DNA of 64,000 nucleotides from Octopus vulgaris. Its lineage: Eukaryota. The stretch spans positions 74,028,001-74,092,000 of the forward strand of contig OX597821.1 of the NCBI GenBank assembly GCA_951406725.2, read 5' to 3'. The translations under genes were made by a program, and so were the position numbers. Below, in pieces: positions 14,714-27,035 of the stretch. The stretch's first letter is position 1. Every line of letters begins with the position of its first letter. A model generated the notes under the pieces. That model saw only the letters and a list, made by a program, of their open reading frames with translations, was not told the origin of the DNA and searched no databases.

Positions 14714-17484
14714 ATTGATTGGGATACACACTCACATCCATTAATACGCACATGTGTTATATTTCATACGCACGTACACACGCACACACACACATCGCAC
14801 ACACACAGATTAATATCAATACAAGATAGTAGGAAATCACTGGTGACTTAAGAGTACCTCTGCGGATTGGGGTAATGAACCGCCCCAACTGTTTTATTTC
14901 TGGAAAATGTGTTTGGCTAGTTTTAATTATTAAAATATTGAACCCAGGCTGAGAGCCGTATGAAGGCCGTGATATAAAACGCCGACTTATTGAATAATTT
15001 TCAGCTACTCTCTCCATTTAGTCATCCACGATTTTATAGAACTCTTTCTCTCTTCTTCTCAATGTATATTTGCGTGCATATGAGTGTACATCATTATCTT
15101 ACTACGCCTGGGAGCTAATGAACGATGGAATCAAAAGTTTCAATACATTTAGGTCCGTTGTTGAAATCGTCGCATTCTCATTAGTAGAAAAGTTTTATGC
15201 AGCCTTCTGACTTCTGAAATGCGGAGTCGAAAGTATATATTTTGGAAAAATACTTTTAATTATAACTAGTTTCCTACGAATAGTGAAATGTGATGTACCA
15301 ATATATCACACATGTAATTATTGTGATATTAATACCAACAAGAAGCCAGCGAGCTTGTATAATCTTTAGCATGGCAGGCACAATGCTTATCGGCATTTTG
15401 TCCGTCTTTATGTTCCGAGTTCAAATTCCACCGAGGTCGACTTTGCCAGTTATCCTTGCGAGGTTGATAAAATAAGTACTAGTGGAGTACTGGGGTCGAT
15501 GCAATCGCTTTTCCACCCGAAATTGCTGGCCTTGTACCAAAATTTGAAATCACTATTGATATCAAGCAGACTATCCGATTGACCAACTGCAAGCTGGTTG
15601 GTTATACCATCAACGCGGTGAAATTACATACTCTATGTATTCTTCATCAACAAGAATTAGAAATAGCAATAAAAACGTTTATGCATGTCTTTCTCGAATA
15701 TTTATTTACCATTATTCTTCCAAGAAGGAAGGAACTGGAACTGGATTTTCACAACAAAATTTAGAAGATTCTTTCATGTTTCAACCATTCCAGAGGGATG
15801 CCGTTGAGAAACCATTTGCTTGTTCGGTTTGTTATTATCTGAATCAATGTGGGGACGAGGGAACTGACCCCTTCAAATAGAGTTTGAACGTAGACTGGGA
15901 TATTCTCCTGCCCCTTTCATACACCCAAATGCATATGTGTGTATGTGTGTATGTATGCCTTCGCCCGCACGTTTGAGAGTGTGCGTGTTTGAATGTATGT
16001 GTATATCGACACCCGAATGCTTATATGTATATATATTGCACAAGCACACACCCTAACGTACATCATACATATACATGTGTAGGTATAAATCTGTGTGTTT
16101 GTGTGAATGCGTTTACTTATGTGAATGTATGTGTGTGTGTATGTTTGAGGGTGTGTGTGTTTGTGTATATATTTATATATATCTGATTCTCTATGACTAT
16201 GCGTATAAATATATGCCTGGTTGTTAGTATCCCCGAAACAAAAGAACATTGAATGGAGGTCTGGTTAAATATTGATTCCTGACATTGGCAAATTGCCATG
16301 CATTCTGCAGAGGGTACAGTCGATTAAATCGACCCCGGTTCTCGATTAGTAGTTTATTTTATCGATCCTGGGCAGATGAAAGACAAAGTTGACCTCAGCA
16401 GGATTTCAATTCAAAAGCATAAAGAGTCAATAACTAAACAGCACCCGTCATTTCGTCCGACTTTTTCTTGAATCTGTCCATCCACCGGTCTGGTTCGGTT
16501 AAATGTTAGAGACGGAATTAGCCATGGATAAATAAGGTCACAAGTCAATTAGAAGCTGAAACAACGAAAGAGAGTCGGTTGCCAAAAATCGTTTTTATCG
16601 CAAGTCTAAAAGACTCGATGTCTTATCATGGAATTGTTCGACTTTTAATAAGAACAACATATATTATCACTAAAAACTGGGAAGTGGGGATATAAATAAG
16701 GTTCCGTTTTTTTTAAAAAAAAACAAACTCTTTCTATATAAATATTGATAGCCAGATATTATTAAATCTAAAGACTTCTTAGATGTTATTGCTGGGAGTA
16801 AATATATTCCAACTTGTTCCCATTTTGTTGATTGATTTAAGAGATTTTTTTTGTGAATGACAGACTGTTTCATTGGTTGAAATTGCAAAGATATAATTGG
16901 TTGGAAGAAGTGACTTTCTTTTTTTTTTGTGGGGAAACATTTATTTTGATGCGATAGAGTGTTATTCCACAAATATCGTGCGAGTTTCCTTTAGTTCCTT
17001 CTCCAATCCGTCTTTCAATTATCATATTTCCTGTTGCTGTTTTATGAGAAATTTTCATTTTGTCTCTGACTCAAGAACGGATATCTATCTAAGTTTATAT
17101 CAATACATTCTGAAAATATTGTTTAGTACATTGTGAGGTGGACTACTAAATGTTTGTAAGGTTCACTACTAAGAAACGGCGAAGAGCTGACAGTGGTCTT
17201 GAACAAATTATAAGTCACGATGTCAGTTTTTTTTTTCTATCGTGTTTCAAGCTCCAAAAGGAAACGAACTCGATTACCATGAATGAGTGACACAGTTGTT
17301 GCTAAGGCTCTCCTCTCAGCATTTAAGAAGACTAGGAAGTTTGCCATGTTTATTGTACATCTAGGTCATTCGGAATTCTCTTGCACACAGTCGAGATAAG
17401 AGACATATCGCAAAACCATGCAATGCATGGAGAGAAATTAATCAAGGAGGGACTGATTGATTTATGTACTGAAGGACATGTGCA

Positions 17485-17541
<57 letters not shown>

Positions 17542-17727
17542 CCTTTCTACAATAGACACAAGGCCTGAAATTTGTGGGGAAGTGGGATAGTCGATTACAT
17601 CGACTCCAGTGTTTCACTGGTACTTAATTTATCGACCCTGAAAGGATGAAAGGAAAAGTCGACATTGGCGATATTTGAACTCAGAACGTAAAGACGGACG
17701 AATAATAATAATAATAATAACAACAAC

Positions 17728-17759
<32 letters not shown>

Positions 17760-17796
17760 TAATAATAATGATAATGATAATGATAATAATAATAGT

Positions 17797-18550
17797 TATT
17801 GCAGCTCAAGATCAGAAACTACGTCCTTAAAGTTGGATCTGACCCTTCATGCAGAATTTGCGGAAAATTCAGAGAGGCCATTGATGAAGTTGTTTCTGTC
17901 TGCCCAGTCCTCGCTGAAAAGGAATACCTCATAAGACATGAGAGACTGGGGCAGGCAATCCACTGGAATGCTTGTAAATACTGCGAAATTAAATCCCATG
18001 GTAAGTGGTACAGGCAACACCTAGAGGATGTAGTAAATAGTGAGATTGTCACCATCCGTTGGAACTTCCCAATACAAACAGACAGAAAAATTGACTCCAA
18101 TCGACCAGACATTATGATCAAGGAAACCACAGAGAAACTTGTCTGTCAATAGATATGTCTATCCCACAAGATGAAAATGTTTCAAGAAAAGAGTACGAAA
18201 AGTTTTCTCGCAATAAAGATCTGCAAATTGAAATCACAAAAATGTGGAAGTTTAGCTCTACGATAATACCTGTAGTAACTGGTTCGTTGGGAATGATAAA
18301 GAAGGGAGCTGAGAAGTATATTAAGCAACTGCCTGACAACTCCAATCTCCGTGAACTACAAGTATATGGGTATTACAGTGTATTGGTACAGCCCATATAC
18401 TACGGAAAGCACTCTCTATCTAAAATGGAATAAATGTGGTGATAATTTTAGCACACATAGCAAAACAAAAGTGCTCTTGCTACTCTTGGCCTCCGGAGGA
18501 TGCCCGGTAATAAGGCAGCTGAAATAAAGCTATAATGAAAGGAAACCATA
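17797..18550 (+). mobile_element. 5'-truncated, frameshifted Dong/R4-like copy (CCHC + RLE + 3' UTR)
   Basis: CRICGKFREAIDEVVSVC, RHE, RPDI and IPVVTGSLG motifs; bounded by TAA repeats. Confidence 0.88.
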
Positions 18551-18557
18551 AATAATG

Positions 18558-18627
<70 letters not shown>

Positions 18628-18651
18628 TGATGATGATGATGATGATGATAA

Positions 18652-19345
18652 TAAATCATATTATCTCTGGCTGCCCAGTCCTGGCTAAGAAGGAATATAT
18701 TCAGACACGACAGAGTTGGGACCTACATACACTGGAAGGTATGCCAACATTATGGAATAACAACAGAAAAAAGATGGTATGGGACCTACATACACTGGAA
18801 GGTATGCCAACATTATGGAATAACAACAGAAAAAAGATGGTATAGGCACACATCAGAAAAGGTCACAGAAAACGAGAAAGCAACCATACTTTGGGATATG
18901 CCGATACACACAGATAGAGAAATTAAGGCCAACAGACCAGATATAGTTGTCAGAGATCATGAAGGAAAAAAATGCTTTCTAATTGATGTATCAATACCAG
19001 CAGATGACAACGTGTCTCTAAAAGAAATGGAGAAACTTTCAAAATACAAGGACCTGGAAATAGAGGTAACCAGAATGTGGAATCTAAAAGCAGAAACAAT
19101 TCCTATCATAGTAGGTGCATTAGGCATTATAAAAAAATATTCAGATAAATACATAACAAAAACACCAGGACTTACAAACACATGTAACATACAGAAAATT
19201 GCACTACTAGGCACTGCACACATCCTACGCAGAACACTTTCCATACAATAACCATCAGAGAATCACAACAAATCACAGCACATACCCAAGGCACACAGAG
19301 CTGCGCTTGGTAGTGAAGTGAAAGCACGCTATAAAAATAAAACTA

Positions 19346-19349
<4 letters not shown>
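18652..19349 (+). mobile_element. 5'-truncated Dong/R4-like copy (divergent subfamily) with a 63-bp internal tandem duplication
   Basis: HIISGCPVLA, ANRPDIVV...LIDVS...EKLSKYKDL and IPIIVGALG. 18717-18779 is repeated at 18780-18842. Bounded by TAA repeats. Confidence 0.9.
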
Positions 19350-19433
<84 letters not shown>

Positions 19434-19436
<3 letters not shown>

Positions 19437-19841
19437 GTTAATCTGGAAGCGCGTCCCCCAGGGAAGAGCCAGCCTGGGATCGAAAAGTCATCAACTGGCA
19501 CAAACTCTTCTCCGAATACGGACATGGATGGTCACTTGAACGGGAAATCCCCCAACTCGAGCCCTCCAAGTTCACCACCACAACCACCACAGAAAGAAAA
19601 ATGTAAGCGGAACAAATGGACCCGAGAAGAGTATAAAGAAGTAATATACGCTTATTACTATGCATTAGGTAGGCCATCTCAAGAGAGACACACCGCAAAC
19701 TCTTACAGTATATGGAGAACACGGAATCAAGACAGTAGGCCCTATTTGGACGAGAACAAATTAGCAAATGTGAGGAGGGATATCCTTAGAAATAACAGAC
19801 TCACAGACATTGAAATAAGCACGCAACGGAAAATGACATAA
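19434..19841 (+). pseudogene. N-terminal (Myb-like DNA-binding) part of the Dong/R4 ORF, separated from the RT ORF by one frameshift
   Basis: KWTREEYKEVIYAYYYA...LDENKLANVRRDILRNNRLTDIEI resembles R4/Dong N-termini. Overlaps the open RT frame at 19814-19841. Confidence 0.75.
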
Positions 19842-20041
19842 ATATAAGACACAAAGGAAATGAAGAATCAGATGAACAGTATAGCCCGCCACGAGGCTTA
19901 ATTGAAAGACTGCCATCTAACCAAAGTACGCAAAGGCCTGAGGATACAAGAAATTCTATTGTACCTGTTAAAGATAGCCATGAAAACGAAAAAACAACAG
20001 TAACTGAAGATCTCGCATTTGCTGAAGAACACAGAGAGTCT

Positions 20042-23000
20042 ATGGCAGAAATGAGGCAGAAAATCCTGAATACGCTTGACGTTGTAAGTCATACAAGTAT
20101 GAATGATAGAGAACCACTTCATAAACTCTCAAATACAAACCAAAATAAAAAACAAATCCAAATTGGCAACTATGTAACAAATGAAATAATACGAGAATTA
20201 AAACCTGATTTTACTGAGTTAAATGAAATTATTTACGCTTCTGCTAGGGCAATTGAAACCAGCTGTATGCCCCCGAAAAAACAAAGAAAACAAAACCTGG
20301 GAAGAAATCAAACCTGGAGAAGTAAAATTGAAAAAGAGATTGAATTTATGAGAGGGGAAATATCAATATTAAATGAACTAATATGTGGAAATGATGTAAG
20401 ATCCAGAACAAGAAGAAAGATGAAGAGAAAATTTGGATCCTCACCAAGAGAAGAACTGATATCAATAAAAGAAACGCTGAAACAAAAAGTCCAAGCAAAA
20501 GCCCAAAGAATACGAAGATTTGAGAAGAGAAACAAGTTTTACAAGCAACATAATCTGTTCACATCCAATGCCAAAAAATTCTACAGAGAAATAGAGAAGG
20601 AGAAAGTAACCGTTAAAGACCCCCCTCCCATGGAAGAAGTTCAAAACTTTTGGAAAAGGATTTGGAGTGACAAGAAGACGTACAACATAAATGCAGACTG
20701 GATTATACAAACTGAAGGATCCTACCAAAATTTACAACAACAAGCATGGGAAGACATCACAATAGCAGACCTAAGAAAGGCGCTCACGAAGGCCCATAAT
20801 TGGAAATCCCCCGGTAAAGATAGGGTGCCGAATTTCTGGCTCGCATCGCTCCCATGCGCACACGGTAAGCTAGTTCAGCTGCTCAATGGAATTATGAGAG
20901 ACCCAAAGAAAACACCTGAATGGTTAGCAAGTGGCATTACTTACCTACTCCCAAAGAATAACGGAACCAACCTTCCAAAAAACTATCGGCCTATAACCTG
21001 TCTATCCACCACGTATAAAATCCTAACATCTATCCTGGCGGAGAAAACATATGCATTCATGGAGAAGAACGATATTTTCCCCATTGAACAAAAAGGGTGC
21101 CGCCGAGGCTCTTACGGATGCAAAGATCAACTGCTAATCAATCGTATAATCCTTGAGAACTGTCACAACAAGCGCAGAAATCTCAGCACCGCATGGATTG
21201 ACTATAAAAAGGCCTTCGACAGTATACCGCATCCATGGATCTTGAGATCGTTGGACATCTTCAAAATTTCCCCTGTGATTTCAAACTTCCTGAAGCACAA
21301 TATGTCGTTGTGGAATACAAATCTCCAATTATACCACTCTAATGGAGTACTTGCCTCAGAAAATATAAACATCAACTGTGGAATTTTTCAAGGTGACTCA
21401 CTTTCACCTTTAATATTCTGCATAGTCCTAATACCCCTTACAAGTGAATTAAACAGAACAGGGTATGGGTATAAAATTGCCAATAAAAAAATAAGCCATC
21501 TATTTTATATGGATGACTTAAAACTTTATGGTAAAGACAATAATGAACTTGAAGGCCTATTGCGCACCGTGAAAGCATTCAGCGATGACATCGGGATGGA
21601 GTTTGGACTTGAGAAGTGTGCCAAGGCCACTTTCCAGAAAGGGAAAGTGAAGACCACAAATTCAGTCGTGTTAGATGTTGACACAGTCATAAGAGAGCTT
21701 GAGCAAGAACAAACATACAAATATTTAGGGATAAATGAAGGCTCTGGTATTCAGCATGCAAGCATGAAAGAGAAAATCAGGAAGGAATGTTATAGGATAG
21801 TTCGTGCAGTCCTGAAATCTGAACTAAATGCACGTAACAAGGTGTTAGCTATACATTTCTTAGCAGTTCCAGTTGTTACTTATAGCTACAATGTGTTGAA
21901 CTGGAATATGAGTGAAGTAAAGAATATAGATAGGAAAATACGCAAGCTGCTGAGTTGTAATAGGATGCACCACCCAAAGGCAGACGTAGATCGCCTTTAC
22001 CTTCCCAGAGCCCAAGGAGGTCGAGGCCTGATCCAATTTGAACTAGCTTACAAAACAACCACAATTGGACTGGCCAAATATCTCGAAATATCGAATGACT
22101 GGATGCTAAAGCTCGTGGAAAATCACGAGAGACGAAAGAAGCTTCATTCTATCATCAAGGAAAGCAAAATATTTGCTATTGATCTCGTGCAGGATACCCA
22201 AACTGAACAACCCGAGGGAAGTACGGCAACTATTGTTGCAAAGAAGGTGAAAATGATGGCAATGAAAAAAGCGCACGAGCAATTGGCTGCTAGGTGGGAG
22301 GAGAAACCTCTGCACGGCAAATATGTGACCCGCAGCAAACAAGCTGATGTTGACCAGAAGCAAACCCATCAGTGGCTACGGAGCTCAGGGCTAAAAGCAG
22401 AGAGCGAAGGTTTCATCCTGGCTGCTCAAGACCAAAGCCTATTAACCCGGAACTACCAGGCCAACGTGATGAAAAATGGAGCAGACCCAAAATGCCGATT
22501 CTGCAACGACATGATTGAAACAGTGGACCACCTAATCTCTGGATGTAAAGTCTTAGCACCAGTGGAGTATAAATTAAGACATGACAGAGTTGGCCAATAT
22601 CTCCACTGGCTAATAAGTCGGCATTACAATATCAAAACTGCTGACAAGTGGTATAATCACCACCCTGAGGCTGTAACTGAAGGAGAAAATGTAACCATTC
22701 TGTGGGACTTTCCAGTACATACAGACCGAACCATCAAGGCCAATAAACCAGATATTGTTGTGAAAGACCAAAACAATAAAGTTTGCTTATTGATCGACAT
22801 GAGCATCCCCTGTGATCATAATATCTCAGCGAAAGAGTTTGACAAGCTCAGAAAATATAAAGACCTACTCATTGAAATTGAGAAAATGTGGCATCTCAAG
22901 GCGGTTACAATACCAGTGATCGTAGGAGCACTAGGAATGATCAAGAAGGGAACCGAAAATTATATGAGAATGATCCCTGGCTTACCATCCCTGCAAGAAG

Positions 23001-23059
23001 TGCAAAAGATAGTCTTAACTGGTACATCACACGTATTGAGAAGAGCATTGTCGACGTGA
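20042..23059 (+). CDS. Reverse transcriptase / CCHC zinc knuckle / restriction-like endonuclease polyprotein (1005 aa; C-terminal part of a longer frameshifted ORF)
   Basis: Motifs WKSPGKD, NYRPITCL, WIDYKKAFDS, GIFQGDSLSPL, FYMDDLKLY, YKYLG, CRFC-x8-H-x4-C, RHD and KPDIVV...LIDMS...KFDKLRKY. The frame is open upstream to about 19814. Confidence 0.95.
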   Translation: MAEMRQKILNTLDVVSHTSMNDREPLHKLSNTNQNKKQIQIGNYVTNEIIRELKPDFTELNEIIYASARAIETSCMPPKKQRKQNLGRNQTWRSKIEKEIEFMRGEISILNELICGNDVRSRTRRKMKRKFGSSPREELISIKETLKQKVQAKAQRIRRFEKRNKFYKQHNLFTSNAKKFYREIEKEKVTVKDPPPMEEVQNFWKRIWSDKKTYNINADWIIQTEGSYQNLQQQAWEDITIADLRKALTKAHNWKSPGKDRVPNFWLASLPCAHGKLVQLLNGIMRDPKKTPEWLASGITYLLPKNNGTNLPKNYRPITCLSTTYKILTSILAEKTYAFMEKNDIFPIEQKGCRRGSYGCKDQLLINRIILENCHNKRRNLSTAWIDYKKAFDSIPHPWILRSLDIFKISPVISNFLKHNMSLWNTNLQLYHSNGVLASENININCGIFQGDSLSPLIFCIVLIPLTSELNRTGYGYKIANKKISHLFYMDDLKLYGKDNNELEGLLRTVKAFSDDIGMEFGLEKCAKATFQKGKVKTTNSVVLDVDTVIRELEQEQTYKYLGINEGSGIQHASMKEKIRKECYRIVRAVLKSELNARNKVLAIHFLAVPVVTYSYNVLNWNMSEVKNIDRKIRKLLSCNRMHHPKADVDRLYLPRAQGGRGLIQFELAYKTTTIGLAKYLEISNDWMLKLVENHERRKKLHSIIKESKIFAIDLVQDTQTEQPEGSTATIVAKKVKMMAMKKAHEQLAARWEEKPLHGKYVTRSKQADVDQKQTHQWLRSSGLKAESEGFILAAQDQSLLTRNYQANVMKNGADPKCRFCNDMIETVDHLISGCKVLAPVEYKLRHDRVGQYLHWLISRHYNIKTADKWYNHHPEAVTEGENVTILWDFPVHTDRTIKANKPDIVVKDQNNKVCLLIDMSIPCDHNISAKEFDKLRKYKDLLIEIEKMWHLKAVTIPVIVGALGMIKKGTENYMRMIPGLPSLQEVQKIVLTGTSHVLRRALST

Positions 23060-23228
23060 GAACTGTTGCTGCTCATGTATTTTAATTTAACTTTAAAAAA
23101 AAAAAAATGAACGAACTACTGAGTTTGGTTTAATGGCCTACCAATATACACTATGAGTTTCTTTGCCCTAGGAGTCGGGAAGACACTCGGCAAGAAATGG
23201 AAGCAAATTTGAAAGAAGAAAAAAAAAA

Positions 23229-23289
<61 letters not shown>

Positions 23290-23292
<3 letters not shown>

Positions 23293-24510
23293 CTGTTTTG
23301 CTGCGGACAGCTAGGATTTTGAGATTGGTACTTGGATGTTGAATGTCTCCCACGATAATTAACAACCAAGTATCAAAGCTTGTAATGTGCGGAAAGAGAC
23401 TTTGTGAGACCGCTGCTGTCTGCTCTCTCAGAATCTACCAGAACAAACAAGACTACGCGCTCTGAGAAGTAATACAATACCATTGATAATAATGTCTTTC
23501 TGCTGAAACAGTCCAAGCGCAGACATGACGATGTAGCCCATAACTTTCATAGGCTACTATGCCGGAAGTGGATAGATGGAAGCACTCCATCGGTTACGAC
23601 GACGAGGGTTCCGGTTGATCCGAATCAACGGAACAGCCTGCTCGTGAAATTAACGTGTAAGTGGCTGAGCACTCCACAGACACGTGTACCCTTAACGTAG
23701 TTCTCGGGGATATTCAGTGTGACACAGAGAGTGACAAGGCCGGCCCTTTGAAATACAGGTACAACAGAAACAGGAAGTAAGAGTGAGAGAAAGTTGTGGT
23801 GAAGAGTACAGCAGGGATCACCACCATCCCCTGCCGGAGCCTCGTGGAGCTTTAGGTGTTTTCGCTCAATAAACACTCACAACGCCCGGTCTGGGAATCG
23901 AAACTGCGATCCTATGACCGCGAGTCCGCTGCCCTAACCACTGAGCCATTGTGCCTCCACTATGCCGGAAGTATGGATAAGAGGTAACGGGTGCTTGGTA
24001 CCAACATACACCAGAAGCCGTAATGGACGAAAACGGGAAGGCAATGGTCTTCTGGGACTTGACTTCCAGAAAGACGAGGTCTTAGAGCACCGAAAGCCAG
24101 ATATAGTAACCTTTCGGAAGGACAAGCAATTAGTGTTTAATAATTTATGTGACAGTGCCATGAGATCAACATATCATCATGAAAGAAAGAGAAAGGTTGA
24201 TAATATGGTGACCTGAGGATTGAGATCTCTAAGATTTGGCAGCTACGATAGTCGAACATAAAGGTTATCCCTATTGTCATCGGATCATTGGGTTCAATAC
24301 CACCCGACCTGGAGAAACATCTGAACACTTTAGAAATACTACACAATCTTGGTGTATAGCAAAAACGCCTTAGTTGGAACTGCCTGCATACTACGTAAAG
24401 TATCATCCATCTGAGGTCCTTCTTGTGACTTGATAGACAGTATGAACACGCGGTACACACAATATCTTCAATCTATAACATCACAATATTGGATACTGTA
24501 CGACATCTTC
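23290..24510 (+). mobile_element. Degenerate 5'-truncated Dong/R4-like copy interrupted by a SINE
   Basis: Remnant RHD, HRKPDIV and KVIPIVIGSLG across frames; (TAA)n on both sides; SINE inserted at 23570-23958. Confidence 0.75.
23570..23958 (-). mobile_element. tRNA(Arg)-like SINE (family C) with a 14-bp target-site duplication
   Basis: Head GGAGGCACAATGGCTCAGTGGTTAGGGCAGCGGACTCGCGG...GTTTCGATTCC. TSD ACTATGCCGGAAGT at 23556-23569 and 23959-23972. Confidence 0.9.
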
Positions 24511-24517
24511 AATAATG

Positions 24518-24596
<79 letters not shown>

Positions 24597-25573
24597 GGAT
24601 AATAAATTGAGATGTGTGCTTTTGTGAGAAAAAAAAAAGAAAACAGGTGGGGCAATTTTTAGTGATTCAGAAAGGGGAGAAGATCTCGAGAGAGTAAGAA
24701 ATGATTAAATAAAAATTGTCATGTGTAAGAGAAAAACTTATCCATTTTTTGTCAGGATATTGACAGGAATGGACATGTTTTAGTCTTATTGGATCTCGTC
24801 AGCAATCTAAGCGTAGTGGGAAAATTTATAATTGTGACACTTAATTAGATCTAGGTGGAGTGTAGAGTTGAGATAAGGCACGAACTTGAAATTACTGGGT
24901 TAGTTAGACTGATAACCTCTCACCTCCACTCTGAACGCTCCTGTCATTTCCAGTATTTTTGACATTGTGATGTTTCTTAGATTGAGAAAAGGTCAGAGAC
25001 CCAATGAGATTAAATTGTGAGAGAGTCATATCTCGTTGAAGCCTATTGACGACTGTAAACCACAAAATGACGCCAAGAAACACCACGCTTTCAATCCCCA
25101 ATGTTATTTCACTTCTCTTTCAACACTGTTGCCCTCAAGGGCAAAATTGTTGAAAGAAGGCCACAAGTGTTGAGATCATACATTGTGGGATGGATCGATT
25201 GGAATCACAGAAATTCGGTCTTTCATGCCTGCGTAACGCCTGATAATCATACAGTGGGTTTCAATGTTTATCGCAGTTATATTCGCCTACTCATGCTGGT
25301 TATATCCAGTTAAAACTGGAAATAAGGCAACATATTGTTCTTATATAATATCTTGGTCCAGACCTTACTTTAATGTTCAGATACTGTGAGAAGTGTTAAT
25401 TAAATCTGTGTAAAAGTTTAGTTAATTTACGGTTAATATATCTTTTAAACAGAGACCATTAAACAAAATAATATTTTAGTTATGGAAGGCGGCGAGCTGG
25501 CAGAAGCGTTAGCACGCCGGACGAAATGCTTAGCGGTATTTCGTCTGTCTTTATGTTCTGTGAAATAAATTGG

Positions 25574-25893
25574 TACTCCGTCGGTTACGGCGAAGATTTT
25601 CCAGTTGATCCGGTTAACTGAACGGCCTGCTAGTGAAATTAATGTGTAAGCGACTAAGCACCCAGCAGACATGCCTACCCTTAACGTAGTTCCCAGGGAG
25701 ATTCAGTGTGACACAGGGTGTGACAAAGATGGCCCTTTAAAATTACAGGTAATGCTCATGTTTTCTGGCTGAGTGGACAGGAATGACGTGAAATAAAGTC
25801 TCTCGCTCATGGTCAGAATGTACTTCCGGGAAACGAACTCACAACCTTACGGTCATGAACCGGATATTCTATCCGTGAAGCCACACGCCTTCA
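25574..25893 (-). mobile_element. Older SINE sharing the family C tail
   Basis: The 3' ~170 bp matches the family C tail; the central region differs. Confidence 0.7.
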
Positions 25894-26406
25894 TTTCAAA
25901 TGAAATAGATGCAGACTAGTGTTTTTCGGAAAACCATCGGAAAAGATGGATTCCTGGTTTCGCTTGGAAAGTGTGGGCGATGATGTTTGAGACTAGATTA
26001 CGCAGTGACACGTAGCGAGAGTGACGGGAGGAGGAAAGAAGAACACATATGTACACTCCCCCACACACATGTGTACCCACACACACATATACACCATGCA
26101 TACACATACATATACATACGTACTTACGTACACCGCAAGAGGATCACGGTATCTGGGATATAAAAATCTGCGAGACCTCCTTAAGCAGAAGATGAATAAC
26201 AAAACAAGGTACTTCCCTTCATAACCTTGCTAGAAAGCAGATGGCCGGTCAAAATTAATTGTAATTTATAGAGAAAGAAGAAAACCTACATGAATACACA
26301 CATACACACATGTACTCGCACACACACACATACATACATACAAACATACATACATACATACATACATACATACATACATACATACATACATACATACATA
26401 CATACG

Positions 26407-26446
<40 letters not shown>

Positions 26447-26595
26447 CTCAGATCAAATCACTTGCTATGCAAGTACATCTCGGTAATATATATGTATAAA
26501 TAAGTATAATATTGTTAATTTAAATTAAATATCGATCTTATCAAGTTGCCAGCATGGGAATAAAAACCTTCAAAGGTAATAATTATTATTAAAAT

Positions 26596-26734
26596 TATAA
26601 TTTAGGGTATCTACGAGACACCGCCATGCTGGAAACAGCAGCCAAAATCTGACTCTAAAACCACATTAATGTGGTTTTAGAGTCAGATTTTGGCTGCTAT
26701 TTCCAGCATGGCGGTATCTTGCAGATACCTAAAT

Positions 26735-26738
<4 letters not shown>
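26596..26738. repeat. ~143-bp spacerless palindrome
   Basis: Centre CCACATT|AATGTGG at 26667/26668; few mismatches, mostly distal. Confidence 0.9.
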
Positions 26739-26803
<65 letters not shown>

Positions 26804-26805
<2 letters not shown>

Positions 26806-27012
26806 TTAATCCAAACATGAAAACACAAAGAGAAAACAGAACAACGCGGGGACGTGGAACAAGTATAGTGTTATTAGACGCTCAGGAAAGGAAAGAAAGA
26901 AGGAGGATTTAACGTTTCGAGCGGAGCTCTTCGTCAGAAACATAGAAAAAGGAAAGGTCCAAGGAAGGGAAGACGGGGAAAGAAAATCGCCAACGATACA
27001 CACGCGGTCACA
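26804..27012 (-). mobile_element. ~200-bp hammerhead-bearing interspersed repeat (copy 1)
   Basis: Starts AGTTAATCCAAACA and ends GGTCACAT on +. Copies at 28457-28660 and 35497-35680, a distant relative at about 1905-2085. All sit in TA/TG microsatellites. Confidence 0.8.
26907..26941 (-). ncRNA. Ultra-minimal hammerhead-like motif (35 nt)
   Basis: GTTT-CTGACGA-A-GAGC-TCC-GCTC-GAAA-CG-TT-AAAT; stem III would need to form in a dimer via the AACGTT palindrome. Confidence 0.55.
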
Positions 27013-27035
27013 TATATATGTGTGTGTGTGTGTGT

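Larger units (their letters stand above)
19434..23229 (+). mobile_element. Near full-length R4/Dong-clade (RLE-type) non-LTR retrotransposon inserted in a (TAA)n microsatellite
   Basis: Flanked by (TAA)n on both sides (about 19350-19434 and 23230-23289). Contains an N-terminal Myb-like segment, RT, CCHC knuckle and PD-(D/E)xK endonuclease, then a ~170 bp 3' UTR ending A-rich. TAA-repeat targeting is established for Dong elements. Confidence 0.93.

Noticed and set aside
17700-24600. CRISPR-like or bacterial RT (retron/DGR/group II intron) system
   Set aside because: The context is eukaryotic, the RT has CCHC plus RLE domains of non-LTR retrotransposons, and the separators are simple TAA tracts rather than CRISPR repeats.
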